A DNA stretch of 64,000 nucleotides. It comes from Octopus vulgaris (lineage: Eukaryota). Positions 41,911 through 55,921 of the stretch are shown in pieces. The notes under the pieces were generated by a model. It was not told where the DNA came from. It made no database searches and was given only the letters and a program-made list of their open reading frames with translations. The position numbers and the translations under genes are program-made. How positions within the stretch are numbered: the first letter of the stretch is position 1; each line of letters starts with the position of its first letter. Location: NCBI GenBank assembly GCA_951406725.2, contig OX597818.1, forward strand, positions 46,562,001 through 46,626,000, read 5' to 3'.

Positions 41911-42837
41911 AACACTTTGAATATAGCTGCTCTTTAGAATATTTGGTTTAATTTTTCAACACCTCTAACACCGAAGAGTTTCGACTTCTATGTTTAGTGT
42001 CCATGCTACAATTGAATTCATGAATCTTATTTCTTGCAGACTTTTAACGTTGAAGTACATTGTCTCATGGACAATTAGTACACACACATATAACCTTAAG
42101 TGATATTTAAACTCACTTTGAATAGAGGTAGTCATCCTTGAAATTTTTCTATATTTCGGTGAACGTGAATTTAGACAGGACGAAATAACTGAATCTGGGA
42201 GTGAGCATTATATAATAGTAAATATTAGGATTTCATAAGTTGATTTATTATTTATTATAACATTTCATTTCATTTAGCTGTCATTTCATAAAACATCTCT
42301 GTTCACTTGTCTATTTTTGCAAAATATGTTTGCACTCTTACGAACCTCGCGAAATTTTCTCATAACATTTTTTTTCTGTGAGCAAAAGATCTGTGAACAG
42401 ATCTTTATGAATTATTAATGCGAATGTCTTCCATAAGTGCCTATAAACAACTTAATTAAATGATATCATCTGCATTTGTCTGCTCTCTGAAAATTTTTTC
42501 ACGCATATTTCCTTTATATCAGTTGTAGATATTAATAAAATGCGTTTTCTTTCTGAAGAATATATTGCTATCTCTTTTCAATGAAACACTTATAACGTCT
42601 GTCCTGTTATCAATGCCATCTAAACTTTGCTTTTAAATAAGTAACTGGCACCAAACTACATTGTTGGACTCTTCTATCCACTAGAAAATGTGCACGTTTG
42701 AAAATAAGATGTCTGAGTTACGGCAGAGAAAATTAGTGAGAGAGAAAGAAGAGAGTGAGAGGAAATAATTGGAGGCTAATGCGCGAGAAAAATGCAAAGA
42801 AATGATTTGCATATACAAAATAAGCACGCTCGCGCAC

Positions 42838-43403
42838 CCACACACACACACACACTTGGGCATACATGCATACATACATACATGCATACATACATACATA
42901 CATACATACATACATACATACATGCATACATGCATACATGCATACATACATACATGCATACATACATACATACATGCATGCATACGTACGTACGTACGTA
43001 CATACATACATACATACATACATACATACGTACGTACGTACGTACGTACGTACATACATACATACATACATACATACATGCATGCATGCATGCATACATA
43101 CATACACATACATACATACATACATACACACACACATGCATGCATACATACACACACACATACATACATACATACATGCATACATACATACGTACATACA
43201 TACATACACACATACATGCATACATACATACATACATTCATACACACACACATACATACATACATACATACATACATACATACATACATACATACATACA
43301 TACATACATACATACATACTTACATACATGCATACATGCATACATACATACAGACATACATGCATACATACATACATACATACATACTTACATACATACA
43401 TAC

Positions 43404-43434
<31 letters not shown>

Positions 43435-43700
43435 CATACATACATACATACATACATACATACATACATACGTACGTACATACGTACATACATACATACA
43501 GACATACATACATACATACATATATACATACATACATACATACATACATACATACATACATACATACATACATACATACATACATACATACATACATACA
43601 TACATACATACATACATACATACATACATACATACATACATACATACATACATACATACATGCATACATGCATACATGCATACATACATACATAGGCGTG

Positions 43701-43752
<52 letters not shown>
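42838..43752. repeat. Long (CATA)n compound microsatellite ending in (TG)n
   Basis: Direct reading; source of several spurious long ORFs. Confidence 0.97.
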
Positions 43753-43753
<1 letters not shown>

Positions 43754-44602
43754 GAAAGTATATGTGAAATTTCTTCAAAACGGCAACTAACGAGGAAATG
43801 ATACTCTTGGTGAAAGAAAAAAAAATGCTGTCTAATGCTCGCCAAATAACATTTATACACCAAATTTTAATGTCAGTGTTTAGCTTTCTGCGTTTCTTAT
43901 GAAGTAAATTTGAAATAAAAGAATAAAAAAAAAAGAAAGACTCGACCGACATATTTGTTTTGGGTCTGTTTTCTGTTAAAACTGCCGAAATCAGTAAGAA
44001 TAGTACATTTTCAATTTACGAAGGTACTAGTCTTTATATTTAACCATCAGTTCATTTAGTTTTTTACGGAACTATGAACAATTCACTTGGGAGCTCGGAA
44101 TGTATTCAAGGCCTTTTGATCTTTGTTACACATGTTCTTAATTTATACAGAACGTTTTTACTCTTCCGTTTCTGGTAAACTAAGCGAAATTAATAACAAA
44201 AAAAAAAGATATTCGCTTGAAGTAATCCTTATCTTAGATAAACCTTATAGTTGCCTTAAGTGGTTCCTCATTTCAATAATATATTTTTGTCCGTAAGAAA
44301 TCTTTTTGTTAAATCTTCCTTTTTCTTTTCTTTAGGTAATTTCAGATAACCAAATATAGAAGTATGCACTTTAGACTCATTACATAATTTAGTCAACAAG
44401 TTTAGTCCTTCAATAGAAGCTTCCGGAAATCGCAAAATTAAAATGTCTGACAACCTGTAGAAATTCGATATGCCTACATTATCAGAAAAGAAAGGTTGAA
44501 TATCAGTTGAAAACATATTAAGAGATAAACGTAACGTTGTTCTTCGGGTCGTCTTTATGATGAAAGAGGACTGTCTAATTAAGATAAGTATAATTAATGT
44601 TG

Positions 44603-45081
44603 TGGAGGCGCGTGGCTTAGTGGTTAGGGTGTCAGTACCATGATCGTAAGATTGAGGTTTCGATTCCTGTACCGGGCGACGCGTTGTGTTCTTGTGCAAA
44701 ACACTTCATTTCACATTGCTCCAGTCCACTCAGCAGGCAAAAGTGAGTAACGCTGCGATGGACTGGCGTCCCGTCCAGCTGGGGAACCCATACGCCATAG
44801 AAACCGGGCCCATGAGCCAGGTTAGGCTTTAAAAGGGCGCATTTATCTATTTTATAATTAATGTTAGTGGGGGCGCAATGGCCCAGTGGTTAGAGCAGCA
44901 GACTCGCGGTCGGAGGATCGCAGTTTCGATTCCCATACTCAACTTTCTCTCACTCTCTCTTCCTGTTTCTTGAGTAACGCTGCGATGGACTGGCGTCCCG
45001 TCCAGCTGGGAGGAACACATACGCCAAAGAAACCTGGGAACCATGAGCCTAACTAGGCTTGAAAAGGGCGACGTTTATCGC
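44603..45081 (+). mobile_element. Two tRNA-derived SINEs in tandem sharing one 13-bp TSD
   Basis: Heads at 44603 and 44868. tataattaatgtt at 44589-44601, 44853-44865 and 45082-45094. Confidence 0.85.
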
Positions 45082-46140
45082 TATAATTAATGTTCATTTT
45101 CTTTTTTAGGTTTATTACTATGTATATTAGGAGAACGCAGTTTGGAAAAAGAAAAACAAATAACTGAGGTACTACAACACCTGGGGATTAAAACAAAAGG
45201 GAAGAGAGTTTGGGTCAAGCGATATTCAGCTGTTACAAAGTCAGGAAGTTTTGCTAGGTGTGAAATGATATTTACCTTTTAGCCTAACTTGTTTCAGTCA
45301 TTGAACTACAGCTATGCTTGGGGTCCCGCTTTGAAAGATTTGGTCGAACAACTCGCTCCCCAGTACTTGTTTATTAAATGTGGTACTTATTCTGTCGACT
45401 CTTTCGCCGAGCCACTAAGTTATGGAGACATAAACAAACCAACACCAGTTGTCAAGAAGTGGGAACGGGCAAATACGAACTCAAAGACACCCACACACCT
45501 ACATACACGCACATACGACGGGCTTACACAGTTTTCGTCTTTTAAATGAGTAGAACTTGTAACTGATATCTATTAAATTCCATTCTAAAAACTCCATGCT
45601 AGAAACGATTCCATGCTAAAAACTCAAGAAAAGATTGCGAAGAAATCAAGAGATTCTTTAAATCAGTAATCATTGGAATGTATGAATTAAGATAACCGTT
45701 GTGATTTTCGATTCTTACTTCGTTTTAAGTATTGCAGAGTAGTTTCTGTCTGCAAGTATCAATGGTTACGAAAATTATGCATATATATTATATAAAAATG
45801 TTATGATTAGTCAGTTAAAGAATTGTTTTTAACATACGCCCAAGGCCTGAAATTTGGAGAAGTGAGGATAGACGATTAAATCGACCCCAATATTTGACTG
45901 CTACAATATTTTATCGACCTTAGAGGAATGAAAACAAAGTTGACTTCGGCGGTATTTGGACTCGGGGCGTGAAGCGCTGGAACAAATATCGGTTTTAAAT
46001 TTTGGCACAAAACAGTTTCAGAGAAGGAGTAAGTCAATTACATAGATCCCAGTGCTCAACTGGTACTTATTTTATCGACCCCGAAATATATTAATACAGA
46101 TTGCGCGTGGGTGGTGGATTTGCACAATCGCTAAAGTATC

Positions 46141-46542
46141 TCTTTTATTCTTTTACTTGTTTCAGTCATTTGACTGTGGCCATCCTGGAGCACTGCCTTT
46201 AGTCGAGCAAATCGACCCCATGACTTATTCTTTGTAAGCCTAGTACTTATTCTATCGGTCTCTTTTGCCGAACCGCTAAGTTTCGGGGACGTAAACACAC
46301 TAGCATCGGTTGTCAAGCGATGTTAGGGAGACAAACTCACACACAAACATATATACACACACACATACATATATATATACATATATACAACGGGCTTCTT
46401 TCAGTTTCCGTCTACCAAATCCACTCACAAGGCTTTGGTCGGCCCGAGGCTATAGTAGAGACACTTGCCCAAGGTGCCACGCAGTGGGACTGAACCCGGA
46501 ACCATGTGGTTGGTAAGCAAGCTACTTACCACACAGCCACTC
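46141..46542 (-). mobile_element. SINE family B
   Basis: Near-consensus full copy, reverse complement. Confidence 0.88.
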
Positions 46543-46649
46543 GGAAAAATTCCTTGCGGTATTTGTTCCGGCTCTTTACAATCTGACTCCAAATCCTACT
46601 GAAGTCAACTTCGCCTTTCATCTTTCAGTGTCAGTAAATTAAAGTAAGG

Positions 46650-46975
46650 AATTTCGACCGTGTTTCGTGGTCTGCTATCACAACAGCTTCTTTATAGGAT
46701 CCATTTAGATCAAGACATCATCAGGAGGAACCGCGTCCGGTTTCGGCCCCTACTCCTCTACCGTTTTGACGTGGCAGCCCCCACCCCCATTTCGGAGGTC
46801 TCTTCAGCTCTGGTGTTGGGTGCATGTCTTCTTTCTTCTGTTCCCTGGCCTCTTCGATGTAGCGTCAACGAGTGTCAGCAGGCGACTGACAGTCTTATGA
46901 AATTCCCCTTTAAATACCTGCTACTAGGCTCCAGCAGGCAGCCCCAACAAGTTGTCACGTGGATCAGTAGTAATA
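46650..46975 (-). mobile_element. Probable Penelope-like pseudo-LTR remnant with two degenerate hammerhead motifs
   Basis: Minus strand has CTGAAGA...ggggccGAAACCGGAC and CTGATGA-tgtct...agaccacGAAACACGGTC in tandem. Confidence 0.45.
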
Positions 46976-47453
46976 GACAAATCCTCTACTTTTCTGCTGG
47001 TATTTTGGCTAAATTGGAAACAATCATTATAGACAATGTGTTTTCGTTTTTTTTATCTTTTATCTTACGCTTGTTTTAATCACTAGACTACGGTCGTGCT
47101 GCGGCACCGGCTTGAAGTATTTATAGTCCAACGAATCGATCCCAGTACTTTTTAAGCTTGGTACATTTCAGCCTAGTTTCTTTTGCCGATCCAGTGTGTT
47201 ACGAGGGCGTTAACACACCAACGCTGGCTGTCAAGCAGTGGTGAGGAACAAGCACGTACGCGCGCGCATACACACACAGGCATGCACACACACACACACA
47301 CACGCACGCACGCACGCACAAACACAAACGCGCGCGCGCGCACACATGGGTGTAGACACGCATACGCACAAATATGCAGTTTTCATCTACCAAATCGTAC
47401 TTATTTGTCTCTCTCTGCGAGTTGAGCTCGGAGGGCCGCTACCTCATAGCTCG

Positions 47454-47692
47454 AAGAAGAAGAAGAAGAAGAAGAAGAAGAAGAAGAAGAAGAAGAAGAA
47501 GAAGAAGAAGAAGAAGAAGAAGAAGAAGGAGGAGGAGGAGAAGAAGAAGAAGAAGAAGAAGAAGAAGAAGAAGAAGAAGAAGAAAAGGAAGAAGAAGAAG
47601 AAGAAGAAGAAGAAGAACAAGAACAACAACAACAACAACAACAACAGCAACAACAACAACAACAGAAACAACAACTGCAACAGCAACAAGAA
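47454..47692. repeat. (GAA)n to (CAA)n compound microsatellite
   Basis: Direct reading. Confidence 0.97.
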
Positions 47693-47694
47693 CT

Positions 47695-48360
47695 TGCTCG
47701 TTATTTTGGTGGTGCTAATCGCGCAACTGTTGGGAGAGGTGTGGATTCTTCTGCGATGTTGTCTGCCTATTTCTGCCAAATATTCTATGCAGGTTACTCT
47801 TTCGTAGCGGCGAGAAAAGGCTGGATGGTTCTAGGTGAATAGCCGCTTGAGTACCACTTGGTCCACGGTGTTGTCCTCTTGCAAGTGCTTCATGCGTCGA
47901 AGAATTTGAGAAGGCTTTCGAGGCCGGTGCAACCACTACTGTTGCGACTCTATTTGATCAACTCTCGCTTGAGAGTTTCATACGGGACGATTCTGCCCCG
48001 ATACGTAAGCAAATCCCGAATCTCCGACAGAATCTTCGGCAGAAGGTGCCGAAGACGTGCGGATGCTGTTTTTTCGTAATGCACAGAGACGAAAACTGCG
48101 CCTCTAGATAGATAAACCACATTGTCGGATCATGTGTCCAAAATGTGGGAAACGCAATGATACGGCTGCCTCGGTAGGTATTCATGATGTCGGAGACGAT
48201 TCGAAAGGCGTCTCAGTGTTGAAACTTCTGGCTAATGGTGCTGGAAGATGATATTGCGAAATGTTGTTATCACATCGGATTCACCAGTTGTACAAAGAAG
48301 ACGTTGACATCTGCTGCGATTTTTGATAAGCAAAATTTTATTCTTTTCGTATACAAAAAG
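47695..48360 (-). mobile_element. Gypsy-type LTR retrotransposon remnant (LTR end, PBS, gag N-terminus)
   Basis: Gag-like FPTFWTHDPTMWFIYLEAQFSSLCIT. PBS TGGTGAATCCGATGTGAT (48269-48286) resembles the complement of the tRNA-Trp 3' end. LTR terminus ...TACA lies 2 nt upstream. Confidence 0.8.
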
Positions 48361-49296
48361 CAAATACTGTCTTTACTACGAACGATGAAATTTCAGACCT
48401 TGTGCCTACAGTAAAAAGGAGTATTAATATTGTTGAGTCAGCGAACAGGCAGAATCGTTACTACGCTGGAAAAAATACTTAATGGGATTTCTTCCGGCTT
48501 TATGTTACGAGTTCAAATTCTACCGAGGCCAGCTTTGCCTTTCATCCGTCCGAGGTCAGTAAAATAAGTACCAGTTGAGCAATGGAGCCAATGTAATCCA
48601 CAAGCCCACTTTCCAAAACTTTATGTCTAATAGCTAAAAGAAAAAAAAGTTCAATGATGAGTTATAAAGACGTTGTTGAATATAAAATCTGGATATAAAA
48701 TTGCATTGGAAAAGTTGCGTAAGCTTTAGTTATACAATCTGTTTGGAGTAGGTCAACAAGATAGAAACTTATTAAAATCAAATGATCTGATAACAGAACA
48801 TCAATATACACTGGTATAAATTTGAATAGACGAAGGTTTATCAGAAGTTTTGGTCGGCGGTCTACTGGTAAAGTTATATTACGCAAGACATTAAGTCATA
48901 TCTATTCTACGGAGACATACTTAAATCTAATAAAGATAACATATTCAGATTTGTCTAAATAAGATAACATTCAGATTTTATAATATGATAACGTATTAAT
49001 GAAATCTATTCATGAGATGTATGCTTTTCTATAACGACTGAAGCATTACAGTGTAGGAATTTCAATAAAGCAATATTGCATTTGTGGAGAAAGTCAAAAA
49101 ACCGATATTGTGTTTATCTTTTACTTGTTTCAGTCATTGGATTGCGGACATGTTGGGGTACTGCCTTGAAGGGTTCAGTCGAACAAATCGACCCCCAGAA
49201 CATTATATTTAAAACTTGCACTTATTCTATCGATCGCTTGGCAGAACCACTAAGTTACGGGGACGTAAACAAATCGACACCGGTTGTTAAACGTAC

Positions 49297-49394
<98 letters not shown>

Positions 49395-49539
49395 ATATGT
49401 ATGTATATATATACGTATGTATGTATATATAAATATATATGTATATATATATATATATATGTATGTATATATATATATATATATGTATACGTATATATAT
49501 GGTTAAGATACTTAACATTGAGTTTTTATTCTTTTATTG

Positions 49540-49890
49540 TTTTATTTGTTTCAGTCATTTGACTGTGGCCATACTGGAGCACTGCCTTTAGTCGAAGAAA
49601 CCGACCCCAGGACTTATTCTCTGTATGCCTAATACTTATTCTATCGGTCTCTTTGCCGAACCACCAAGTTACGGTGATATAAACACGCCAATATCGATTG
49701 TCAAGCGATGGTAGTGGGACAAAGACAAATATATATATATATATGACGGGCTTCTTTCAGTTTCTATCTGCCAAATCCTTTGGTCGGTCCTAGGATATGG
49801 TAAAAGACACTTGCTCAAGGTGTCGCGCAGTGGGACTGAACCCGGAACCATGTGGTTGGGAAGCAAGCTTCTTACCACACAGCCATGTCT
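49540..49890 (-). mobile_element. SINE family B
   Basis: Full copy, reverse complement. Confidence 0.82.
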
Positions 49891-50141
49891 ACGTAATCTT
49901 CGAGCACAGTTGTCACTAAATCGATTTTTTAAAAAATCTGTTTAAAATAAAATACTTTCAGCTTGTTGAATAAATTGGTTAAATGTATATACACAGGCAT
50001 GGCTGTGTGGTTAAGAAACTTGCTTTGCAACCACTTGGTTTCGGGTTCAGTCGCAATGTGCGCCACCTTAGGCCATAGCCCCGGATCACCTTGAGAGTGA
50101 ATTTGGTCGGTGGGAACTGTGTAGAAGACCGATGTATATAT

Positions 50142-50219
<78 letters not shown>

Positions 50220-50351
50220 TGGAGCATCACCTTGAAAGGTTTAGTCGAACAAATTGACTCCAGTTCTTATTTTAAAGCCTGCTACTTATTCTAGCCGTTA
50301 CGTTGTCAAGCAGCGGTGAAGGACAAACACATATACAAGGACAAGCATACA

Positions 50352-50399
<48 letters not shown>

Positions 50400-50404
50400 A
50401 ATAA

Positions 50405-50626
50405 ATGCGCCCTTTTAAAGCCGGTTTCAATGGCGTATGTGTTCCCCAGCTGGATGGGATGCCAGTCCATCGCAACGTTACTCATTTTTGCTAGCTGAAT
50501 GGAACTGGAGCAACGTGAAATGAAGTGTTTTGCTCAAGAACACAACGCGTCACCCGGTCCAGGAATCGAAACCACAATCTTACGATCATGATGCTGACAC
50601 CCTAACCACTAAGCCATGCGCCTCCA
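50405..50626 (-). mobile_element. tRNA-derived SINE family C
   Basis: Reverse-complement relative of 44603-44845. Confidence 0.82.
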
Positions 50627-50637
50627 CACACACACAA

Positions 50638-50967
<330 letters not shown>

Positions 50968-51051
50968 GTATATATAAATATTTTAATCTTCGATTCTTTT
51001 TAATATGCTAGACCACTGGTCTTAATTGATAAATATCAATTTCTACCCTTA

Positions 51052-51123
<72 letters not shown>

Positions 51124-51147
51124 AGATTATTCATCTTTCTATTTCAC

Positions 51148-51184
<37 letters not shown>

Positions 51185-51331
51185 TTATATATATACATAT
51201 ATATATATACGGCCTGCTCGCTTAGCCAGCGAGGTGGCGTCACTTGAAGGCTAAAGAAACAATGCGAAGCACATTGTGACCAGCGATGTGTAACAACATC
51301 TGATAGCCTGGTCGGTCACGGTGACACGGTG

Positions 51332-51362
<31 letters not shown>

Positions 51363-52147
51363 AAACTTATATTAATAATCTTTACAATCTTCCTGTTGAA
51401 GATGGTAGATTGACTGAATCGTCAGAAGATCTGCCAAACAGCTTTGTTTGGTTTCTTCCGTCTTTTTAAGTGCCTCCAGGAATTGAACTCACGACCTTAC
51501 GATCATATTTCGAATACGCTAACCACTAAGCCACGCGCCTTCATGAACATTTGCTTAGACTTATCAAAACAAATTTTTATTTTCGCTTAAAATGCAAACG
51601 ATCATATTTATAATGTTCGTTGAATTTATACGCGAGTAAAATTTGAGAGTCAAAATATTTAGCTTAGTTAATTAGAAACATTTTGCTTTAAAATAAACAT
51701 TGAACATATTACCGTCGCGATGTCTTACCCAAGGTACAAAATAAGATATTTATAGGAACAGGGATGATATTGTAGTCATTCTATCCGCGTTCGTGCATTA
51801 GCTATGCAAGAGAAGTGAATTCATCTGGCAATCAAACTGGGTCAAAATCTGTTCGACGATATCTTGTTCTATACTGACGATATTCATTACATATGAGTGA
51901 CACTTCAATGTTGGATGAGAGAAGAAGCATTTCTTTTTAAGTAAACTTTAAGTACACACTTCAATCCACTCTCAACATCTGAACATATGATGTGAACTAA
52001 CGTTTTCAGATAGAAGCAATTTGTTATAAATACTTGAGGTTTAGTATGCTATATGTACACCCATTTGTTTCTCTTGAGCACCAGGATTCATAAGGCTGGG
52101 TACCAAATCTCCGTGGTGTATAAATGAACGATATCATAACGCTCCTC

Positions 52148-52620
52148 TTATTTCTTTATTGCCCACACAGGGCTAAACATAGAGGGGGCAAACAAGGACA
52201 GACAAACGGATTAAATCGATTACATTGACCCCAGTGCGTAACTGGTACTTAATTTATCGACCCCGAAAGGATGAAAGGCAAAGTCGACCTCGGCGGAATG
52301 TGAACTCAGAACGTGACAGCAGACGAAATACCGCTAAGCATTTCGCCCAGCGTGCTAACGTTTCTGCCAACTCGCCAAAATCATAACATTCCCTATGAAC
52401 GGGGCGCAAGTCGATTGAAGAGTTAAAGGCCTGCAATTTTGAAGGGAGGGAACAGGCTGATTACATCGACCCCAGTTCTTGACCGGTACGGTATTTTATC
52501 GACTACGAAGGACTGAAAGGCAAAGTTGACCTCAGCGGGATTTAAACTCAGAATATAAAGAACCACAAGAAATGCCGCTAAGCATTTTGTCTGACGTGCT
52601 TTTTATTGAAGCCAGCTCAG
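52148..52620 (-). mobile_element. Two SINE family A copies
   Basis: Copies at 52148-52376 and ~52425-52620. Confidence 0.8.
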
Positions 52621-52635
52621 CATATAAGGCGCTGA

Positions 52636-54204
52636 CATGGTATCAAAAAGTTTCCGCACAAGTTATGTTTAATAAAAAAAATTAACTTATTTACCTAAGT
52701 TTCAACATCATATCCTTCGAAATAGTCATCTTGCGCAGCAATACACCTGTCCCAGCGTTCCTACCACTTTTGGAATCCGTCCTTCTACGATTTGCTCGGA
52801 TCTCGACAACAGTGTTAAAACGGCGACCTCCGAGCTGCATTTTTATCTTGGGGAAGAGATCGAAGTCCGCAGGTTCTAAATCTAGCGAACAGAGTGGGTG
52901 CAGAAGCGACACCATGTTATTATGGGTGAGAAACTTACGAGTGAGGGGAGCCCGGTGACATGGTCCATGATCATCTTGAAGGATCCAATTCTTCGCGCTC
53001 CACAGATCCAGTCGCTTTCACCGAATGTCCTCCCTCAAACACTTCAGCATGTTGCAGTAGAACTCCCAATTAACGGTCTGGCCCTGGAGACGAATTCTCG
53101 ATACCCAGTACCGTGGATGTCTGCTGTACCTTCTTCGGTCGCGGAGATGAAGGTCTTTTCCATTGTGACGACTGCTGCTTCGTCTCAGGGTAGTACTCGT
53201 AGACCCAACTCTCGTCATCGGTGATGATCGTCGACATGAAGGATGGATCATAAATGGCACACTGGCGGAGATCTTGACAGATATCACGCGATGTGTTTTC
53301 TGCTCTGTGGTCAGCAGGCAGGAGACAAACTTGGCAGAGACATGCCGCATGTTCAATTCAGGCGTTAGGATTGCTTGCACGTATCCATAACGACAGACAA
53401 AAACATCAGCATTGTTATTGATTGTCCCCGACGATCCTCATACACAAGCTGATGCATTTTCTCCACATTTCTTATTTCTTTATTGCCCACAAGGGGCTAA
53501 ACATAGAGGGGACTTACAGACAAAGGGATTAAGTCAATTACATCGACCCCAGTGCTAAACTGGTACTTATTTATCGACCCCGAAAGGATGAAAGGCAAAG
53601 TCGACCTCAGCATAATTTGAACTCAGAACGTAACGGCAGACAAAATACCTATTTCTTTACTACCCACAAGGGGCTAAACACAGAATGGACAAACAAGGAC
53701 AGACAAATGGATTAAGTCGATTATATCGACCCCAGTGCGTAACTGGTACTTATTTAATCGACCCCGAAAAGATGAAAGGCAAAGTCGATCTCGGCGGAAT
53801 TTGAACTCAGAACGTAGCGGCAGACGAAATACTGCTAAGCATTTCGCCCGGCGTGCTAACGATTCTGTAGCTCGCCGCATTTCTCCATATTTCTGGGGTG
53901 ACACTTGTGGCAGTTCTTCAAGATCTCTCGTTGTCTTCCAGGGACGTTCTTCCACTTTTGAAGCACTCGTGCCACTCGAAACATCGCGTACGACCCAACC
54001 GCCGTAGGCTTGCCGAAGCATGCTCAATGTCTCTGACATGACAAAATTGCAGACTACAGCATACTCGTGAGCATAAAAACACAAATTTCACAACTTTCAA
54101 AGTAAACACAGTGATGTCACTGCCTCATGAAGGTCACTGCTAGCTCTCACTGCGCACGCAACCGTTGGCGCGTTACAGAATTAGTCTGGGGACCTTTTGA
54201 TGCT
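52636..54204 (-). mobile_element. Decayed mariner element interrupted by a SINE dimer
   Basis: Motifs ETLSMLRQAYG, FEWHECFKSGRTSLED, AKFVSCLLTTEQK, HPLCSLDLEPADFDLFPKIK. Degenerate TIRs gtatcaaaaagtttccgcac / gtctggggaccttttgatgc. Confidence 0.85.
53472..53878 (-). mobile_element. SINE family A dimer inserted in the mariner element
   Basis: TSD-like gcattt(t)ctcca(c/t)atttct on both sides. Confidence 0.85.
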
Positions 54205-54223
54205 AAGAAAAAATAGTAACACA

Positions 54224-54649
54224 TTGGTCTCAAATTTTGACACAAGACTAGCGATTTTAGGGGAAGGAATAAGTCGATTACACTGACTCCTGTACTCAAC
54301 TGGTACTCATTTATCGACCGCGAAAGAATGAAAAGCCACGTCGATCTCGGTGGAATTTGAATTCAAGACATAAAGATAGGCGAAATACCGCTACGCATTT
54401 TAAGCGCGCTAACGATTCCTATTTCTTTATTGCCAACAAGGGGCTAAACATAGAGGTGACAAACAAGCACAGACAAACGGATTAAATCGATTACATCGAC
54501 CCCAGTGCGTAAATGGTACTTAATTTATCGACCCCGAAAGGATGAAAGGCAAAGTCGACCTCGGCGGAATTTGAACTCAGAACGTAACGGCAGACGAAAT
54601 ACGCCTACGCATTTCGCCCGGCGTGCTAACGTTTCTGCCAGCTCGCCAC
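54224..54649 (-). mobile_element. SINE family A dimer
   Basis: Two units joined near 54418. Confidence 0.82.
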
Positions 54650-55595
54650 CTGAAACAACCTAAAAAAAATTTTAATAGCAACATATAAACAATATGGGTA
54701 AAGGACAAAATGGCGTTCGACTTATTTTTCTTTTCTTTTTCTTTTTTTGTTGTTCGTGAAAATACCTGCAACAATACCAGTAACGTTATTAAGCTGCTAA
54801 ATTAGAGATTTATGATTCCGACTGAAATGTCGACATCAAGAGTGTTACTTAACTCTCCGGTCCGCAAATATGAAATGAATGCAAACAAGTAATAAATATA
54901 CGCTTGTACTATAAGCAATGGGCGTTATACTAAACTATATCAACAAATTTTACTTCAAAAGAACATTGACAAGGCCTATACATATTTTTTTTACTCGTTT
55001 CAGCCATTAGACTGCGGCCATGCTGGGGCACCGCCTTGGCGAATTTGTAGACGAATGAATGGATCCCAGTTCTTTTTTTTAACCCTTGTACTTATTCTAT
55101 CGAAGATATCGAAGAGAACATTCTGAGAACTACGCATTAACCCTGAAAATGCGATTCACGACACGTCCCTAAACTGAAAAAGAAGCAATATAGGGTGCGA
55201 TGCATTAATGGTGCAGGGAACCGTTCTGTGGTAAAGTTTGAGTAAATTTTCAGTTGAGCAATAGATTCGCTTTTTAAGAAATTAGGTTTCTTTTCAGACA
55301 AACATCGAACATCTGGGACACCCGTCGCTGTTATCTTTTACTTGTTCCAGTCATTGGACTGTGGCCATGCTGTAGCACCGTCATGAACAAATTGATTCCA
55401 GTATATGTTTTTTGAGTCTGGTGCTTACCTTCTCGATCTGTTTTCCCGAACCATAGAGTTACGATGAACAAACCAACATGGGTTGCCAAGCAGCAGGAGA
55501 ACAAACACAGACGCAAAGGTACGCACACACACACACAAACACGAATACATAAACGGTATAGAGGCCCGTTGTATATATATATATATATATATATA

Positions 55596-55783
55596 CTAGC
55601 AGTATCGCCCGGCGTTGCTCGGATTTGTAGGAAATAACTATATAAGCATTTTTTGAGATGTAAGTATAATAGCCATCTCAATATGGCTAACAACAAAGGG
55701 GGGTTACTGTAGCTTTTTACGTTCTGAGATTTAATAATAAATTTTTAAAGAGTTACTTCCCTTATATATGCCAAAAATGCATT

Positions 55784-55825
<42 letters not shown>

Positions 55826-55921
55826 CGGTTTTGGTTAAACTGCACCGCAAAATGTGGGAGTAGTTAGGAATCTAAATCGTAGGAGACAGACAGCACACAA
55901 CCTCACTTTTATATATAAAGA
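55596..55921 (-). mobile_element. Non-autonomous Helitron
   Basis: Minus strand reads A|TCTTTATATATA ... caaatccgagcaacgccgggcgatactgCTAG|T. 3' terminus identical to 7964-8355. Confidence 0.82.

Noticed and set aside
42040-42080. Acceptor followed by TFNVEV resembling Arf GFNVE, and FVVD near 12473
   Set aside because: In-frame stops follow quickly and the motif order does not fit a gene. Likely chance.
42681-43952. Long ORFs (up to 376 aa) of MYVC/HTYI repeats, and similar ORFs elsewhere
   Set aside because: They are translations of (CATA)n, (TA)n, (CA)n and (GAA)n microsatellites that lack stop codons by composition.
44268-44699. 143-aa minus-strand ORF
   Set aside because: It starts inside an antisense SINE head and the remainder has no recognisable motif.
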